From a virus (taxonomy: Duplodnaviria; Heunggongvirae; Uroviricota; Caudoviricetes): 64,000 nucleotides of DNA. The stretch lies in the IMG/VR virus record IMGVR_UViG_3300035678_000001. The stretch is one strand, 5' to 3'. The notes under the pieces were generated by a model, which worked only from the letters and a program-made list of their open reading frames with translations, ran no database searches and had not been told where the DNA came from. Below, piece after piece: positions 45,318 through 55,094 of the stretch. The stretch's first letter is position 1. Every line of letters begins with the position of its first letter. The position numbers and the translations under genes were made by a program.

Positions 45318-45333
45318 CTCACCCCTTCACAGG
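45318..45333 (-). promoter_or_regulatory. Conserved late-gene leader motif copy 3
   Basis: ctcaccccttcacagg, identical 16-mer. Confidence 0.55.
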
Positions 45334-45358
45334 GCTCGGGGGTGGTTAGACAGGGCGG

Positions 45359-45814
45359 CTAGAAGGACCGCCACGCCGCAGTGACCGCCCGTGCAACTGG
45401 ACCTTGGCCGAAAGCGGTGGTGGCGTAGACCTCGATGATGAAGACGCTGTACGGCGCATCCGCCCCGGTGTCGGTGTGGGTGTCCATCAAGGTGCCGTAG
45501 CCGGTGTGCTGGTCCTGTGGCCGTGAAGCGGGTGTCAGTTGAGGGAAGTCAGTGGCCGGTCCCGTGCGGGTGGCGACCAGCGAACCTTTGGTCCAGTTGT
45601 CTGGATCGCTGAACGGGAAGTGGCCCGCGCTCGCGTTGTAGACGCTGCTGGTGTAGGAGATGACCGGCGGGCCATACGGCGGATCCCATCCCCAGACCCG
45701 TCGCGCTGCGTCGTTGCTGTCCAACGTCTGGCTTGCGTCGAGGTTGCGGATGATGCCTGGGGCCACGTTCGGCACCCCGGCAGGAACGACGGGAACACAG
45801 ACGACGTACGTCAC
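45359..45814 (-). CDS. Hypothetical tail-associated protein, ~151 aa
   Basis: GTG at 45814 forms a GTGA overlap with the stop of the 569-aa gene (confirmed). Confidence 0.45.
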   Translation of the reverse strand: MTYVVCVPVVPAGVPNVAPGIIRNLDASQTLDSNDAARRVWGWDPPYGPPVISYTSSVYNASAGHFPFSDPDNWTKGSLVATRTGPATDFPQLTPASRPQDQHTGYGTLMDTHTDTGADAPYSVFIIEVYATTAFGQGPVARAVTAAWRSF

Positions 45815-47520
45815 GCGAAGTCCACGCTCATGAGCAGGTCGGAGCCGGGGGTTGTCGAGCCGACCTGGGAGCAGTTGAACTTGAGGATGTCGCCCTTGGT
45901 GCAGGCCACAGAGATCGGGTCGAGCACCCCCAGGCTGACGCCATCGGGGATCGTGATGGTGCCGACATCGTTGGCGTAGGCACCGTTGTTCCACCGCTCG
46001 ACGGTGACGATCATGTCGGCACCGACAGGCGGGGTGTCGAGCCTGCCGACGATGTTGATGGCGTTGGAGTTGCGGGGCACTCGCAGCCCCGGCTTGATGA
46101 GGCTCGGGCTGGTCGAGATGTCACCAGCAGCGATGCCTTCGAGGGTGTAGGCCGTCGCGTTGCCCGTGGTCAGGTAGGCAAAGGTCATGTTGAGGTTGGT
46201 GAGCGTCCCACCCGAGAAGTTGCTCGACCCCGCGAGCAGGTCGTAGCCCGTCTCATCCACAGACAAGATCGCAGTGCCGGTGAACGACAGGGAGGTCAGG
46301 TGGGCGTCCCGGTCGGAGTCGAACTTGATGAGGACACCCACCCCGGCGACGTACGCCTGGGCGTAGCCGTTGTTCCCTGCGGGCCAAGGGAAGTTGTCCC
46401 ACGACCCCGAGACGGTGACCAGCCACGTCCCCGCACCGAGAGCGATGGTCGAGTTGCGGACGCTGTGCGGCACCTCGCCCACGGAGTAGAAGTCGTTCGG
46501 GTTGCTGACAGCCGGGTACGGACTCTGATCTGCGGGCACGGGGCCACCGCTGCACGCGAGATAGCCCGCAGCGCCTGCGACACCAGCGCCGCCTCCCCCA
46601 CCGCCACCGCCAGCAGCCGGGTAGGGCTGACCGTCGAAGGTCAGGCCGGTGGCTGTCACCCCGATGACGCGCTTGGTGCCGTCCACAGTGTCGTGCAGAG
46701 CCAAGGTCGTCGGAGCACCAGACGTGCTGGACGGCACGACCTCCAACTGATCGACCTTGATGACGCCGTGGTCGTCCTCGTCGGTGTGTGCCCCGCCACC
46801 GATGACGATGGAGCGCGAGGTCGGCGTGAAGTCACTCTTGCGAGCGGTGGCCTGCGCACCGATGACGATGTTGTTGCGGATGGTGTTGATGTCGGAGGGG
46901 GCAGGCACCCCCGTGCGGGTGTTGTAGCCGATGGCGATGTCGTACTTGCCGTTGGCCTGACCACCTCGGGTGAGCACCACGGAGTAGGGGCCGGTAGCGA
47001 GCGCCTGTTCACCGAGTGCCGTTGCGCCGATGGCCTGCGCTCGGGCGGTATGTCCGACAGCGGTCGTACCGAAGCCGCTCGCATCAGCCGCAGTGCCGAG
47101 TGCGGTGTTGTTGCCACCGTTGCCGATGCCGCTGTTTCCGATGACCAGCGCCTCGTCGCCAGCGGCATCGACTGGGCGAGCGGGGTTGATGTCACCACCG
47201 ATCACGGTGTCCGTCCCGGTGCCAGCCCGGAAGCCCGCGCCGCCGACCGCGCCCACGTCGATGTCCTCGAAGAAGAACTCCGGGTTGCTGCCGTGGGTCA
47301 CGCCGATGGTGACTCGCCGGGGCGTGTCGAGGTAGATGCTGATGACGCCGTTGGCGAAGACGTGCGGCATCGGGGTGACGGTCGTCGTCGTGTTCGTCAG
47401 GAAGACCTGATCGGTGATCGGGGTCGTTGTCCCAGGCTCGTACAGGGCCACCGAGCAGCCGGTAAGCACGTTGCCCTGTACGTCGAGGACCGGACGCAGA
47501 AGGTGTGCGCGGTCGGTCAT
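45811..47520 (-). CDS. Tail fibre-like protein 3 (569 aa), shared N-terminal anchor, Gly-rich ALG repeats, Gly run GGGGGGGAG
   Basis: MTDRAHLLRPVLDVQGNVLTGCSVALYEPGTTTPITDQVF. Repeats NTALGTAADASGFGTTAVGHTARAQAIGATALG. Confidence 0.6.
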   Translation of the reverse strand: MTDRAHLLRPVLDVQGNVLTGCSVALYEPGTTTPITDQVFLTNTTTTVTPMPHVFANGVISIYLDTPRRVTIGVTHGSNPEFFFEDIDVGAVGGAGFRAGTGTDTVIGGDINPARPVDAAGDEALVIGNSGIGNGGNNTALGTAADASGFGTTAVGHTARAQAIGATALGEQALATGPYSVVLTRGGQANGKYDIAIGYNTRTGVPAPSDINTIRNNIVIGAQATARKSDFTPTSRSIVIGGGAHTDEDDHGVIKVDQLEVVPSSTSGAPTTLALHDTVDGTKRVIGVTATGLTFDGQPYPAAGGGGGGGGAGVAGAAGYLACSGGPVPADQSPYPAVSNPNDFYSVGEVPHSVRNSTIALGAGTWLVTVSGSWDNFPWPAGNNGYAQAYVAGVGVLIKFDSDRDAHLTSLSFTGTAILSVDETGYDLLAGSSNFSGGTLTNLNMTFAYLTTGNATAYTLEGIAAGDISTSPSLIKPGLRVPRNSNAINIVGRLDTPPVGADMIVTVERWNNGAYANDVGTITIPDGVSLGVLDPISVACTKGDILKFNCSQVGSTTPGSDLLMSVDFA

Positions 47521-50500
47521 GGAGTGCTCCCTGGGATGATGAAGGCGTCACCGAGCAGTGAGCCTGGCGGTGGGTCGTAGACGAGTCCGTCAGACAGCAA
47601 CTCGGCGGGGCGGTTGTCGATGACCGGCGCTCCTGCGGACAGCAGCAGCGTGTCGTTGAGGTAGCCGGTCGGGACACCGACCGAGGTGACGGTCGTGGCG
47701 ACCTCGGTGCGCAGCAGCAGCCACTGGCGCTGGAAGAAGAACCACTCCTCCGGGATCGGCTTGTGCCACAACTTCCAGTGCGGGTCGTCCTCGATGCGCG
47801 GGTAGTGGTCGTACGGCGCGATGTTCGGGCCGCTGATCTGCGGCATCTCCGGGGCGGGCTGGTGCGACACGAGATCGTCGTACCAAGGCCGGATCGCCAG
47901 CGAGTTGACGTGCAAGCCAGCCCGGTAGCCGGTGACCCGCCACACGAGGTCGTAGCCCACGGTCGGGTCCGGGTGCGGCGGGTTGTAGGCCGGGTTGGTG
48001 CCAGCCTGCACCGGGCCAGAGCCACCCTCGCTCTCGCTGGCGCTCACGTTGCCCAACTCGGCGTAGGTCTGCACCGACAGGTCGCCGTACGTTGGCAGGA
48101 ACGGGCTCGGGTCCAAGTCCTCGATCTGCTGGTACGTGCGCGGACCATCCGGTGCAGGGGCTCCTCCGGTGTCGCCAACCGGGGCTCCACTGCTGTCGCC
48201 GGGCACGAAGGCCGTCTCCGGGCCATCCGGGAAGATGAAGACGCCACGCGGGTTGTTGCGGATGTCGTACACCGGGAAGAACCGCTTGCCGCCGTCGTTG
48301 CTGAACTCCCAGACGATGGAGTCATCGAACAGCGCGAGGTTGTCGGTGTACCACGAGTTGTGGGCCGCTCCGCGCTGGATGAGCCGGGCAGTCACCGGCA
48401 GGTTGAGCCGCTCGGTGTCGAAGCCCAACTGGTCCCAGGTGCGTCCCTCGGCCTGCGCCCATGTCGGGTGCGCCGCTGACACGTCGTCGTACGTGTTGGG
48501 AGTGGCCGCACCGCCCTCACCGATGGTGTAGGCGGCGTACCACTCGTTGACCTCGTTGGGGGCGATCAGCCGCTCCTCCTCGGCCAGCACGGTGCCGTCG
48601 CTCGCCACGATCTGGACGACCAACGGCTGGTCCAACGGGGTGGGGCTGACCACGCGGGCGGCAGCGTAGAGGCGCCCCGCCAGCGACGGGACGACGAACG
48701 ACTTGGACCGCAGACCACCGAAGCCGATCCCGACGACCTGGGACTCGACATCGACGTAGTGCTTGCCTTCGAGCCCGGAGTACGTGTGGAACTCGGCGTT
48801 GACCTGATCCCAGGTGCGCGGGTTCGAGGTCGTGTCGCGGGTGACCTTGACGGTCGTGCCGATGTCGGTGTTGTAGTCGTTGCTGACCTGCGGCTTGTTG
48901 CTGCCTGCGTCACCGGGGTTGAACGCATCGCCCGCGAGGGTCCAGTCGGTCAACTCGGTGTCGTTGAAGTCCGGGTCCGGGAGCAACTCGATGGGCGGGC
49001 TCTGCGTCGTGGCGAACTGGATGCCGCGCACCCGCCGGACGCTCTTGAACGCCTTCGAGGTGGCTTGGTGCTCGGTGCGGTCCCCGAGCAGACCGGGTGC
49101 TGCCAGGCCGTAGCCGTCGAGGGTCCACGTGCTCTGCGAGATGTGCCAGTCGTCGTGGAACAGGTCGAGGTACATGCCCGCGTCGTCGTTCGCGGTGTAC
49201 GACTTGCGGTAGGCGCGGATGCCCTTGAGGCCGACGAAGAACGCGATCTTCTGCTCGTGCAGGACTTCGAGCGTCTCGTAGTGGTGGACCTGCTGGTGGG
49301 TGAATCGCGGTGCGGTGGCGCCGGTCTGCCAGGCGGTGAAGCGGTACAGGTAGGACAGCGTGGACAGCCGCTGGGCGGCGTTGGGGTCGGAGACGTACTT
49401 GGCCGAGGTCGGGGTGTAGCCCTTGGCGGGATCCACCGTGATCGGCTTGATCGACTGGCCGAGCAGCACGTTCTGGGTCATCGCCCCGCCGCCGAGCCGG
49501 ACCGAGGTCTGTCGGACAGCCTGGTCGGCCTCGAAGCGAGCGAGCACGTCCGCTGGGAAGACCTTCATCTTCCGGGTGATCGGGGTGAAGACCTCGAACG
49601 GCTGCACGGTCAAGTTGGTGAACTCGCACTTGATGTAGCGCGCCCGTGTCGGGTCGAAGTCGTAGTTGCCCCGGCGCAGCACGAAGTCGCGGTTGATGGG
49701 CGTCCACGTGAGGCTCTCGTAGCGGTCCCCTGGGCCTCCCAGGAAGCCAGTGATGTTCGCGGGCCGCTCCGGGCTCGTCAGTGGCTGCGTGAGCGCCTTG
49801 TCGTACCGGACGACGGCGTTGTTCGTGCGCCCGTCGTCGTCGCGGGCGTACTCGGGCTTGAGGGCGAAGGACGAGGGAGCCTCGAAGAAGGCGGCGTCCT
49901 CGTTGGTGTCGAGGACGGCCTGCTTGAGCACCAGGGTGTGCAGGGTGAACTCGGGCGCCTGGGAACCGCCCTCCTCGGTGCCGACGACCAGCCGGTTCAG
50001 CGGCGTGTTGATAGAAGTAGGCGCGGTGGCGAGGGCCACGGTGGTCGTGGAATCCGGGCGGCTGACCTTGAGCGACAGCGCCGAGCCGTCGTACGAGGCC
50101 ACCAGCCCGTAGAGCCCACCGTTGGTCGCGCCAGGAGAGACGGCCACCGTGACGCCACCGCTGGTCAACGTGAACTGGGTGCCGTCGTAGTCGAGGTGGA
50201 ACGCGGCGCAGGTGAAGACCCGGTGGGCTCCGGTGGCGTTGACCGTGAGGCTGATGCCGAGCCACCACGGCTTGTTGGCCCGGAACTGGACCGCCTGGTT
50301 GTCCAGCACGATCCGGCTGGCCTGCGTGCCGAAGACGAAGCCGTTGGTCCGCCGCTCGGGCGGCACGCCCTCGATGTAGGACGCGGGGTAGGCCAGCGGG
50401 GTGTCCGAGGCGACGAACTCGCCGGTCGGCTCCTGCTCGGTGGCGTACAGCGTCACGTGGGCGCCGGAGTAGAGCGGGTCCATGAACAGCCGGTCGATGA

Positions 50501-51314
50501 CCCGTGCGTTGCCGTAGATGTCCCGCACGTCCACGTACAGGTTGACCACCGCGAAGGGGCTCGGCTGGGGCTCGCAGCGCCAGATGCCGTCGTGCAGCAG
50601 CCCGCTGGCCGGGTTCTCCCGCAGGGCGTACTCGATGGACGAGCCCAGCAGGTCGGTGGCCGCGAGGAACGGCGACTCCTTGTTGGCCGCGTACAGGTCC
50701 GGGACGGTCTGCGGCACGTCGGCCAGCGCCTGCACCTTGTAGGCCGCGTCGAAGGCCCGCACGCCGAGCGAGAACGGCACCTGCTGGCCCGCGATGTTGA
50801 TGGGCGCGGTGCCGAACGGACGGGTCAGCACGAAGCGGATGCGGTTGGTGAAGAAGGGCCGCGCCTTGATCTCCTGGGTGACCCAGTGGCTGTCGCCCTG
50901 GTGCTGCGGGTGGACGTGGTTGGTGGCGTCCACAACCGGCAGCAGCCGTGAGGGGTTCGAGTCGGTGAAGGTCACCACGACCGGACGCCCGGCCTCGTTC
51001 AGGACCGGGGACCAGCCGCCCGTCTTGGGCGAGAGGAACTGGACCTCGGTGCGCTGCGGGAAGTGGGCGAGGTCGAAGGTCAGCCAGTTCATCCGGCGGA
51101 CGGTGTTGAAGTCGATCTCGATGACATCGCGCACGAGGTCACCGATGGCGCGGGGCGGCGTGGACCAGAAGCGGTCGCCGGAGGAGTGCCGGTGCCCGGC
51201 CAGGACGGCGTGATCGAGGGCTTCCAGCAGGGCGTCGAGCGGGGCTCCATCGACGTACAGCGGTGCCGGGCTCGCGGTCGGCGTCCCGAAGGTGGTGAAG
51301 GTCGGCTGGGTCAT
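47517..51314 (-). CDS. Large baseplate wedge / fibre-network protein (1265 aa) with a LamG/ConA-like domain
   Basis: Segment WWLGISLTVNATGAHRVFTCAAFHLDYDGTQFTLTSGG...YGLVASYDGSALSLKV resembles a concanavalin-like lectin/LamG fold. Lies downstream of baseplate J. The composition is not alpha-helical, so it is not a tape-measure protein. Confidence 0.55.
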   Translation of the reverse strand: MTQPTFTTFGTPTASPAPLYVDGAPLDALLEALDHAVLAGHRHSSGDRFWSTPPRAIGDLVRDVIEIDFNTVRRMNWLTFDLAHFPQRTEVQFLSPKTGGWSPVLNEAGRPVVVTFTDSNPSRLLPVVDATNHVHPQHQGDSHWVTQEIKARPFFTNRIRFVLTRPFGTAPINIAGQQVPFSLGVRAFDAAYKVQALADVPQTVPDLYAANKESPFLAATDLLGSSIEYALRENPASGLLHDGIWRCEPQPSPFAVVNLYVDVRDIYGNARVIDRLFMDPLYSGAHVTLYATEQEPTGEFVASDTPLAYPASYIEGVPPERRTNGFVFGTQASRIVLDNQAVQFRANKPWWLGISLTVNATGAHRVFTCAAFHLDYDGTQFTLTSGGVTVAVSPGATNGGLYGLVASYDGSALSLKVSRPDSTTTVALATAPTSINTPLNRLVVGTEEGGSQAPEFTLHTLVLKQAVLDTNEDAAFFEAPSSFALKPEYARDDDGRTNNAVVRYDKALTQPLTSPERPANITGFLGGPGDRYESLTWTPINRDFVLRRGNYDFDPTRARYIKCEFTNLTVQPFEVFTPITRKMKVFPADVLARFEADQAVRQTSVRLGGGAMTQNVLLGQSIKPITVDPAKGYTPTSAKYVSDPNAAQRLSTLSYLYRFTAWQTGATAPRFTHQQVHHYETLEVLHEQKIAFFVGLKGIRAYRKSYTANDDAGMYLDLFHDDWHISQSTWTLDGYGLAAPGLLGDRTEHQATSKAFKSVRRVRGIQFATTQSPPIELLPDPDFNDTELTDWTLAGDAFNPGDAGSNKPQVSNDYNTDIGTTVKVTRDTTSNPRTWDQVNAEFHTYSGLEGKHYVDVESQVVGIGFGGLRSKSFVVPSLAGRLYAAARVVSPTPLDQPLVVQIVASDGTVLAEEERLIAPNEVNEWYAAYTIGEGGAATPNTYDDVSAAHPTWAQAEGRTWDQLGFDTERLNLPVTARLIQRGAAHNSWYTDNLALFDDSIVWEFSNDGGKRFFPVYDIRNNPRGVFIFPDGPETAFVPGDSSGAPVGDTGGAPAPDGPRTYQQIEDLDPSPFLPTYGDLSVQTYAELGNVSASESEGGSGPVQAGTNPAYNPPHPDPTVGYDLVWRVTGYRAGLHVNSLAIRPWYDDLVSHQPAPEMPQISGPNIAPYDHYPRIEDDPHWKLWHKPIPEEWFFFQRQWLLLRTEVATTVTSVGVPTGYLNDTLLLSAGAPVIDNRPAELLSDGLVYDPPPGSLLGDAFIIPGSTP

Positions 51315-52828
51315 GAGTGGCTCACCGAGACAACACGGTTCTGGCCGTACGGCGACACGAGCAGCACCCCGTCGTTGGCGAAGCGGGAGGCGAGCACCTG
51401 GCGCGGAGTCAGCAGCGCCCGCTCGCCCGAGTAGGCGACCTGCTGGCCGTCGTAGTACGTGACGACCTCGTAGTCCTGGCCGAGCAGCACAGCCTCATCC
51501 GGTCCCTCGGCGTACGTCTTCACAGCCACGATCTCGGGGCTGTAGGACACCGTGGCGCCCTGGCTCTCGGAGAAGACCGGACGGGGCACGACATGGGGCT
51601 GCGTCGGCGGTGTGGGGTCCAGTGGGCTGGTCGGGTAGACGTTGGAGGAGATGGACACCTTCGGGGTGACCTTGGCCTCGACATCCCAGAAGGTGCTGTC
51701 GGCGGCGACCGCCGCGAACGGAATCGGGTTGTTGATCTCGACGCCGGACAGGTCGATGGTCGCGAGCGTCCCGGCAGGCTTGAGCACCTGCAAGACCCGG
51801 ATGGCCGACCACTCCTCGGCAGCCCGCTGACGAGTGCTGATCTCGGCCTGCTTGTAGGGCTTGACGATGAACTCTGCCCGCGAGCCGGTGCGCCCGATGA
51901 ACGCCTGCGACTCGTCCGGGTACATGATCTGGAACCACGAGTGGTGCTCGGCGTCCGCGAAGGTCGGGAAGTCATCGTGGACGCGGGTCCAGTCGCGGAT
52001 GACGCGCCCGTCGCTGTCGGTCGGAGCCGCCGCGATGTCGGACCAGGCGTGGCCCTCCAAGTTGGACCAGTGCGGGTAGAGCGCCTCGACCTGGGTCCAC
52101 GTGCGCGTCGAGCCAGCCGGGGTCGCGCCAGGCCGAGCCGACAGGGTGTCGTAGGGGATCAACTCCATCGCGCCCCACACGCCGTAGTCGTGGGTGAGGT
52201 CGTCGTACGACCGGCCACCGAAGATCGGCGGGATGAAGTTGCCCTGGCCGTCGAGCAGCCGCCAGATCTCGTACACGTCGCACTCGCACCCGAAGATCGC
52301 CTCGGCTGCCGTCTTGATCCCGGCCACCGTCGCGCCCAGCGGGATGGCCCGAGCCAGGTGCATGACCCGCTCGCGGTAGCGGGTGTCAGCGGCGTGCTGG
52401 GTGTCCCACTCGTCGCTGGTGAGGTTCGAGGTGAGCGGGTTGGCTTCGAGCCCCTCCTCCGGGTTGCGGTGCGCCGAGAACAGCGCGCCGTAGAAGGAGT
52501 CGAGGTCGTAGAAGTGCGTGCTCGTCATGGCCGACTGCAAGCGGTAGAGCAGGGTCCGCTTGCGCAACTGGCCCATGCCGGAGTCCCCGAGCAACGCCTT
52601 GAGGAAGCGCGTCAGGTGGCTCTGCGGGCGCAGGTCGTACAACTCCTCGAAGAAGTGGTCGAGGCGCCGGGCAACCTGGCGGTCCGGGACGAGCAGGTTG
52701 GTGCCGGTCAGCAGGCCGTCCGGGTTGGGTGCCGAGACGGTGATCTGGGCCGAGAAGATCGAGGACTGGGCGTAGCCCGATGCCGGGTCGTAGATCGAGG
52801 TGGCCTGGCTGAACGTCTGGGTGCTCAT
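51311..52828 (-). CDS. Baseplate-associated protein, 505 aa
   Basis: Internal ATG at 52828 (MSTQTFSQ...) forms an ATGA overlap with the baseplate J stop (confirmed). The N-terminal 180 residues of the track ORF are rejected. Confidence 0.55.
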   Translation of the reverse strand: MSTQTFSQATSIYDPASGYAQSSIFSAQITVSAPNPDGLLTGTNLLVPDRQVARRLDHFFEELYDLRPQSHLTRFLKALLGDSGMGQLRKRTLLYRLQSAMTSTHFYDLDSFYGALFSAHRNPEEGLEANPLTSNLTSDEWDTQHAADTRYRERVMHLARAIPLGATVAGIKTAAEAIFGCECDVYEIWRLLDGQGNFIPPIFGGRSYDDLTHDYGVWGAMELIPYDTLSARPGATPAGSTRTWTQVEALYPHWSNLEGHAWSDIAAAPTDSDGRVIRDWTRVHDDFPTFADAEHHSWFQIMYPDESQAFIGRTGSRAEFIVKPYKQAEISTRQRAAEEWSAIRVLQVLKPAGTLATIDLSGVEINNPIPFAAVAADSTFWDVEAKVTPKVSISSNVYPTSPLDPTPPTQPHVVPRPVFSESQGATVSYSPEIVAVKTYAEGPDEAVLLGQDYEVVTYYDGQQVAYSGERALLTPRQVLASRFANDGVLLVSPYGQNRVVSVSHS

Positions 52829-54630
52829 CCGGCGACCCCGAAGGAGTTCTGCGCCTTGATGCGCGGGGTGTTCACCGTGGCGCCGCCGCCCACCGAGTCG
52901 AAGACGGGGATCTCGTTGTCCGCGAACGGGATGTCGATGGCGCGGCCCTCGCTGTTGGCGTAGGTGTGCGTCACCACGCCCTTGACGACCCGCTGGATCG
53001 CGTAGTTGGCCGAGTCGTCGGTCTGGTGCAGGAAGCGCACGTTGTCTACGCCCTGCACGTTGTGGACGAACTGCAACACGTCGCTGACCTGCAAGACGGT
53101 GCCGAAGACGAAGTTGACGAGCAGGGCGGCGATGGCCTCGCGGATCTGCTCGTTCACCGCGTTCTGGCTGTAGCCCGGCGAGTAGACGACAGCGAGGTTG
53201 AAGCGCAGGCCGATCTGCTTGGCCTGGTGGACCTTGGTGTCGGTGCCCATCAGACGGGCTGCCTCGATGTTGCTCTGCACCGAGAGCACCACGTCGTTGT
53301 AGGTGTAGTCGCCGCTGTCCCCGATGACGAAGATCGCTCCGCTGGGCGGCAGGTTGGTCGCCTTCCACTCCAAGCCGAACAGCGAGGTGGGGGTGTAGCC
53401 GAAGGACGAGTCCTCGTGAACGACCCAGTAGTCGGTGCCGAGGTGGTAGGTCGGCTGCCCCTCGACCGAGAGGGTGGGCGGCACGGACAGGATCGGGCCG
53501 TACGCCAGCGGGATGAAGACGTTGTTGACCGCAGGGGCGGTGTCGTCCTCACGGACGAAGCGCAGTGACGAGTAGAGGTCGCCGTACGCCGGGCTGAACC
53601 GCTTGTTCTGCGAGAAGATCACCGACTGCACGGCCTCGCGGGCGCGCTGCCCGGCCACGTACACGTCGATGCGGTTGAAGATGTTCTGGCTCGGGTCGTT
53701 GCGGCTGGCCTTGGGCTGATACTCGAAGTCGAGGTCCATGATGGCGCCCTCGAAGGGGTGGATCTCGCCGTCCGCGCTCGGGTACGAGGTGTTGAGCGCC
53801 TGCACGAACGGCGGGTTGGCTCCGGCGTCGAACTTGTAGTCGTGGCCGGACAGCAGCACGTCACCCGCGTCGATGTTCGGACCGAAGACGGCGCCCTCGG
53901 GGTAGATGAACGCCGCCCCGGCCAGGGTGCTGACTGCCGAGCCTCCGACCACCTGCACCTGCTCGCGGTGGCGCTTGGAGGAGCCGATGACGTTGGCGTT
54001 GAACACGTTGTCGTCGTCGTTGGCGATGCCGAGGTACATCTGCTCGACACCAGCCAGGTTGCGGAACGCCGTACGACGCCAGCGGGCGCGCAGGGCGGTG
54101 TCGGACTCCTGCGGGGTGCCGCCCGTGATCGGCTGGATGTTGGTCACGTCGGTGATGCCCTGCACGGGCGTCAGGAGGTTGGTCAGCAGGCCCGCTCCGA
54201 TGTTGCCGGAGACGCCGCCCAGGACCGCCATGACCGGCACCGAGATGGACCGCACGCCGTTGTCCATGAACGCCGGGACGACCGTGACGACGGTGACCGT
54301 GCCGGTGCTGACCTGGGTGTTGGTCGGGATGATGAGCGGGATCGTCAGGTCGCCTTCGCCCCGCGAGAAGATCACCGCGCCGCTGGCCCGCCGGGCGCCG
54401 TAGCGCACCATGCCGAACAGGGCCACGAACTCATCGAGGTCCGCCTCGGACTTGGTGTCGATGTCGTACTGGTAGGTGATGAGGTGCCGGTCGATGTACG
54501 CCTCGGCGGCAGACTCGCCCACCACGTCGAGGATCTTGCGGGTGGTCGTGCCAGTGGAGGTGTCGAGGTCAGGGTCGGTGACGGCGAGCGTCTGCCGCAT
54601 CTGGGAGACGACGCTGTTCAAGTCGGGCAT
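52825..54630 (-). CDS. Baseplate J-like protein (gp6/gpJ/XkdT family), 601 aa
   Basis: Size, the N-terminal region (...ADLDEFVALFGMVRYGARRASGAVIFSR...) and its position directly after a gp25/W-like gene. Call by recall. Confidence 0.65.
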   Translation of the reverse strand: MPDLNSVVSQMRQTLAVTDPDLDTSTGTTTRKILDVVGESAAEAYIDRHLITYQYDIDTKSEADLDEFVALFGMVRYGARRASGAVIFSRGEGDLTIPLIIPTNTQVSTGTVTVVTVVPAFMDNGVRSISVPVMAVLGGVSGNIGAGLLTNLLTPVQGITDVTNIQPITGGTPQESDTALRARWRRTAFRNLAGVEQMYLGIANDDDNVFNANVIGSSKRHREQVQVVGGSAVSTLAGAAFIYPEGAVFGPNIDAGDVLLSGHDYKFDAGANPPFVQALNTSYPSADGEIHPFEGAIMDLDFEYQPKASRNDPSQNIFNRIDVYVAGQRAREAVQSVIFSQNKRFSPAYGDLYSSLRFVREDDTAPAVNNVFIPLAYGPILSVPPTLSVEGQPTYHLGTDYWVVHEDSSFGYTPTSLFGLEWKATNLPPSGAIFVIGDSGDYTYNDVVLSVQSNIEAARLMGTDTKVHQAKQIGLRFNLAVVYSPGYSQNAVNEQIREAIAALLVNFVFGTVLQVSDVLQFVHNVQGVDNVRFLHQTDDSANYAIQRVVKGVVTHTYANSEGRAIDIPFADNEIPVFDSVGGGATVNTPRIKAQNSFGVAG

Positions 54631-55058
54631 CAGGCACCTACCGTCAGAGGGATCGTCACGCGCTGGTTGGCCTGCGTGACGAGGACGACGAACACGGTCA
54701 CCGTGTCGAAGTTGATCTGGACCCGGATGTCCTGAATGGCCCGCACCACGTCGCTGGTGTCGTACCGGGAGGCCCGCTGGGCGGTGAAGTCACCAAGCAC
54801 CTGGGCGCGCTGGACGAGGACGTAGTTCTGCAAGACCCGGTTGGCCTCGCTCTCCACCAGCAGCGCCACCTCCTCGGTCAGGGTCTGGCCGATGTAGGAC
54901 CGGATGATCGAGCCCCAGTCCCGGTGGAAGCGGTCGTTGCCGAGCGGCTCGATCAGAGCACACCGAAGATCCTGGGTGATGCGAGCCGCCCCAGAGATCG
55001 TCTTGTGCCCCGCAGGCGTAACCACGAGGTCACCGTCTGCGAGCGCCAACTGCTTCAT
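54630..55058 (-). CDS. gp25/GPW-like baseplate wedge protein, 142 aa
   Basis: IEPLGNDRFHRDWGS matches the GPW_gp25 signature (GERVMRPDFGS). Preceded by the late leader motif. Confidence 0.6.
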   Translation of the reverse strand: MKQLALADGDLVVTPAGHKTISGAARITQDLRCALIEPLGNDRFHRDWGSIIRSYIGQTLTEEVALLVESEANRVLQNYVLVQRAQVLGDFTAQRASRYDTSDVVRAIQDIRVQINFDTVTVFVVLVTQANQRVTIPLTVGA

Positions 55059-55066
55059 CGTTCCTC

Positions 55067-55082
55067 CTCACCCCTTCACAGG
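55067..55082 (-). promoter_or_regulatory. Conserved late-gene leader motif copy 4
   Basis: ctcaccccttcacagg, identical 16-mer. Confidence 0.55.
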
Positions 55083-55094
55083 CGTTCCAAGCGG

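Noticed and set aside
47517-51314. The 1265-aa protein as a tape-measure protein.
   Set aside because: The sequence is beta-rich with a LamG/ConA-like segment and no long coiled-coil or helical repeat regions. It also lies downstream of baseplate J, where wedge or fibre proteins occur.
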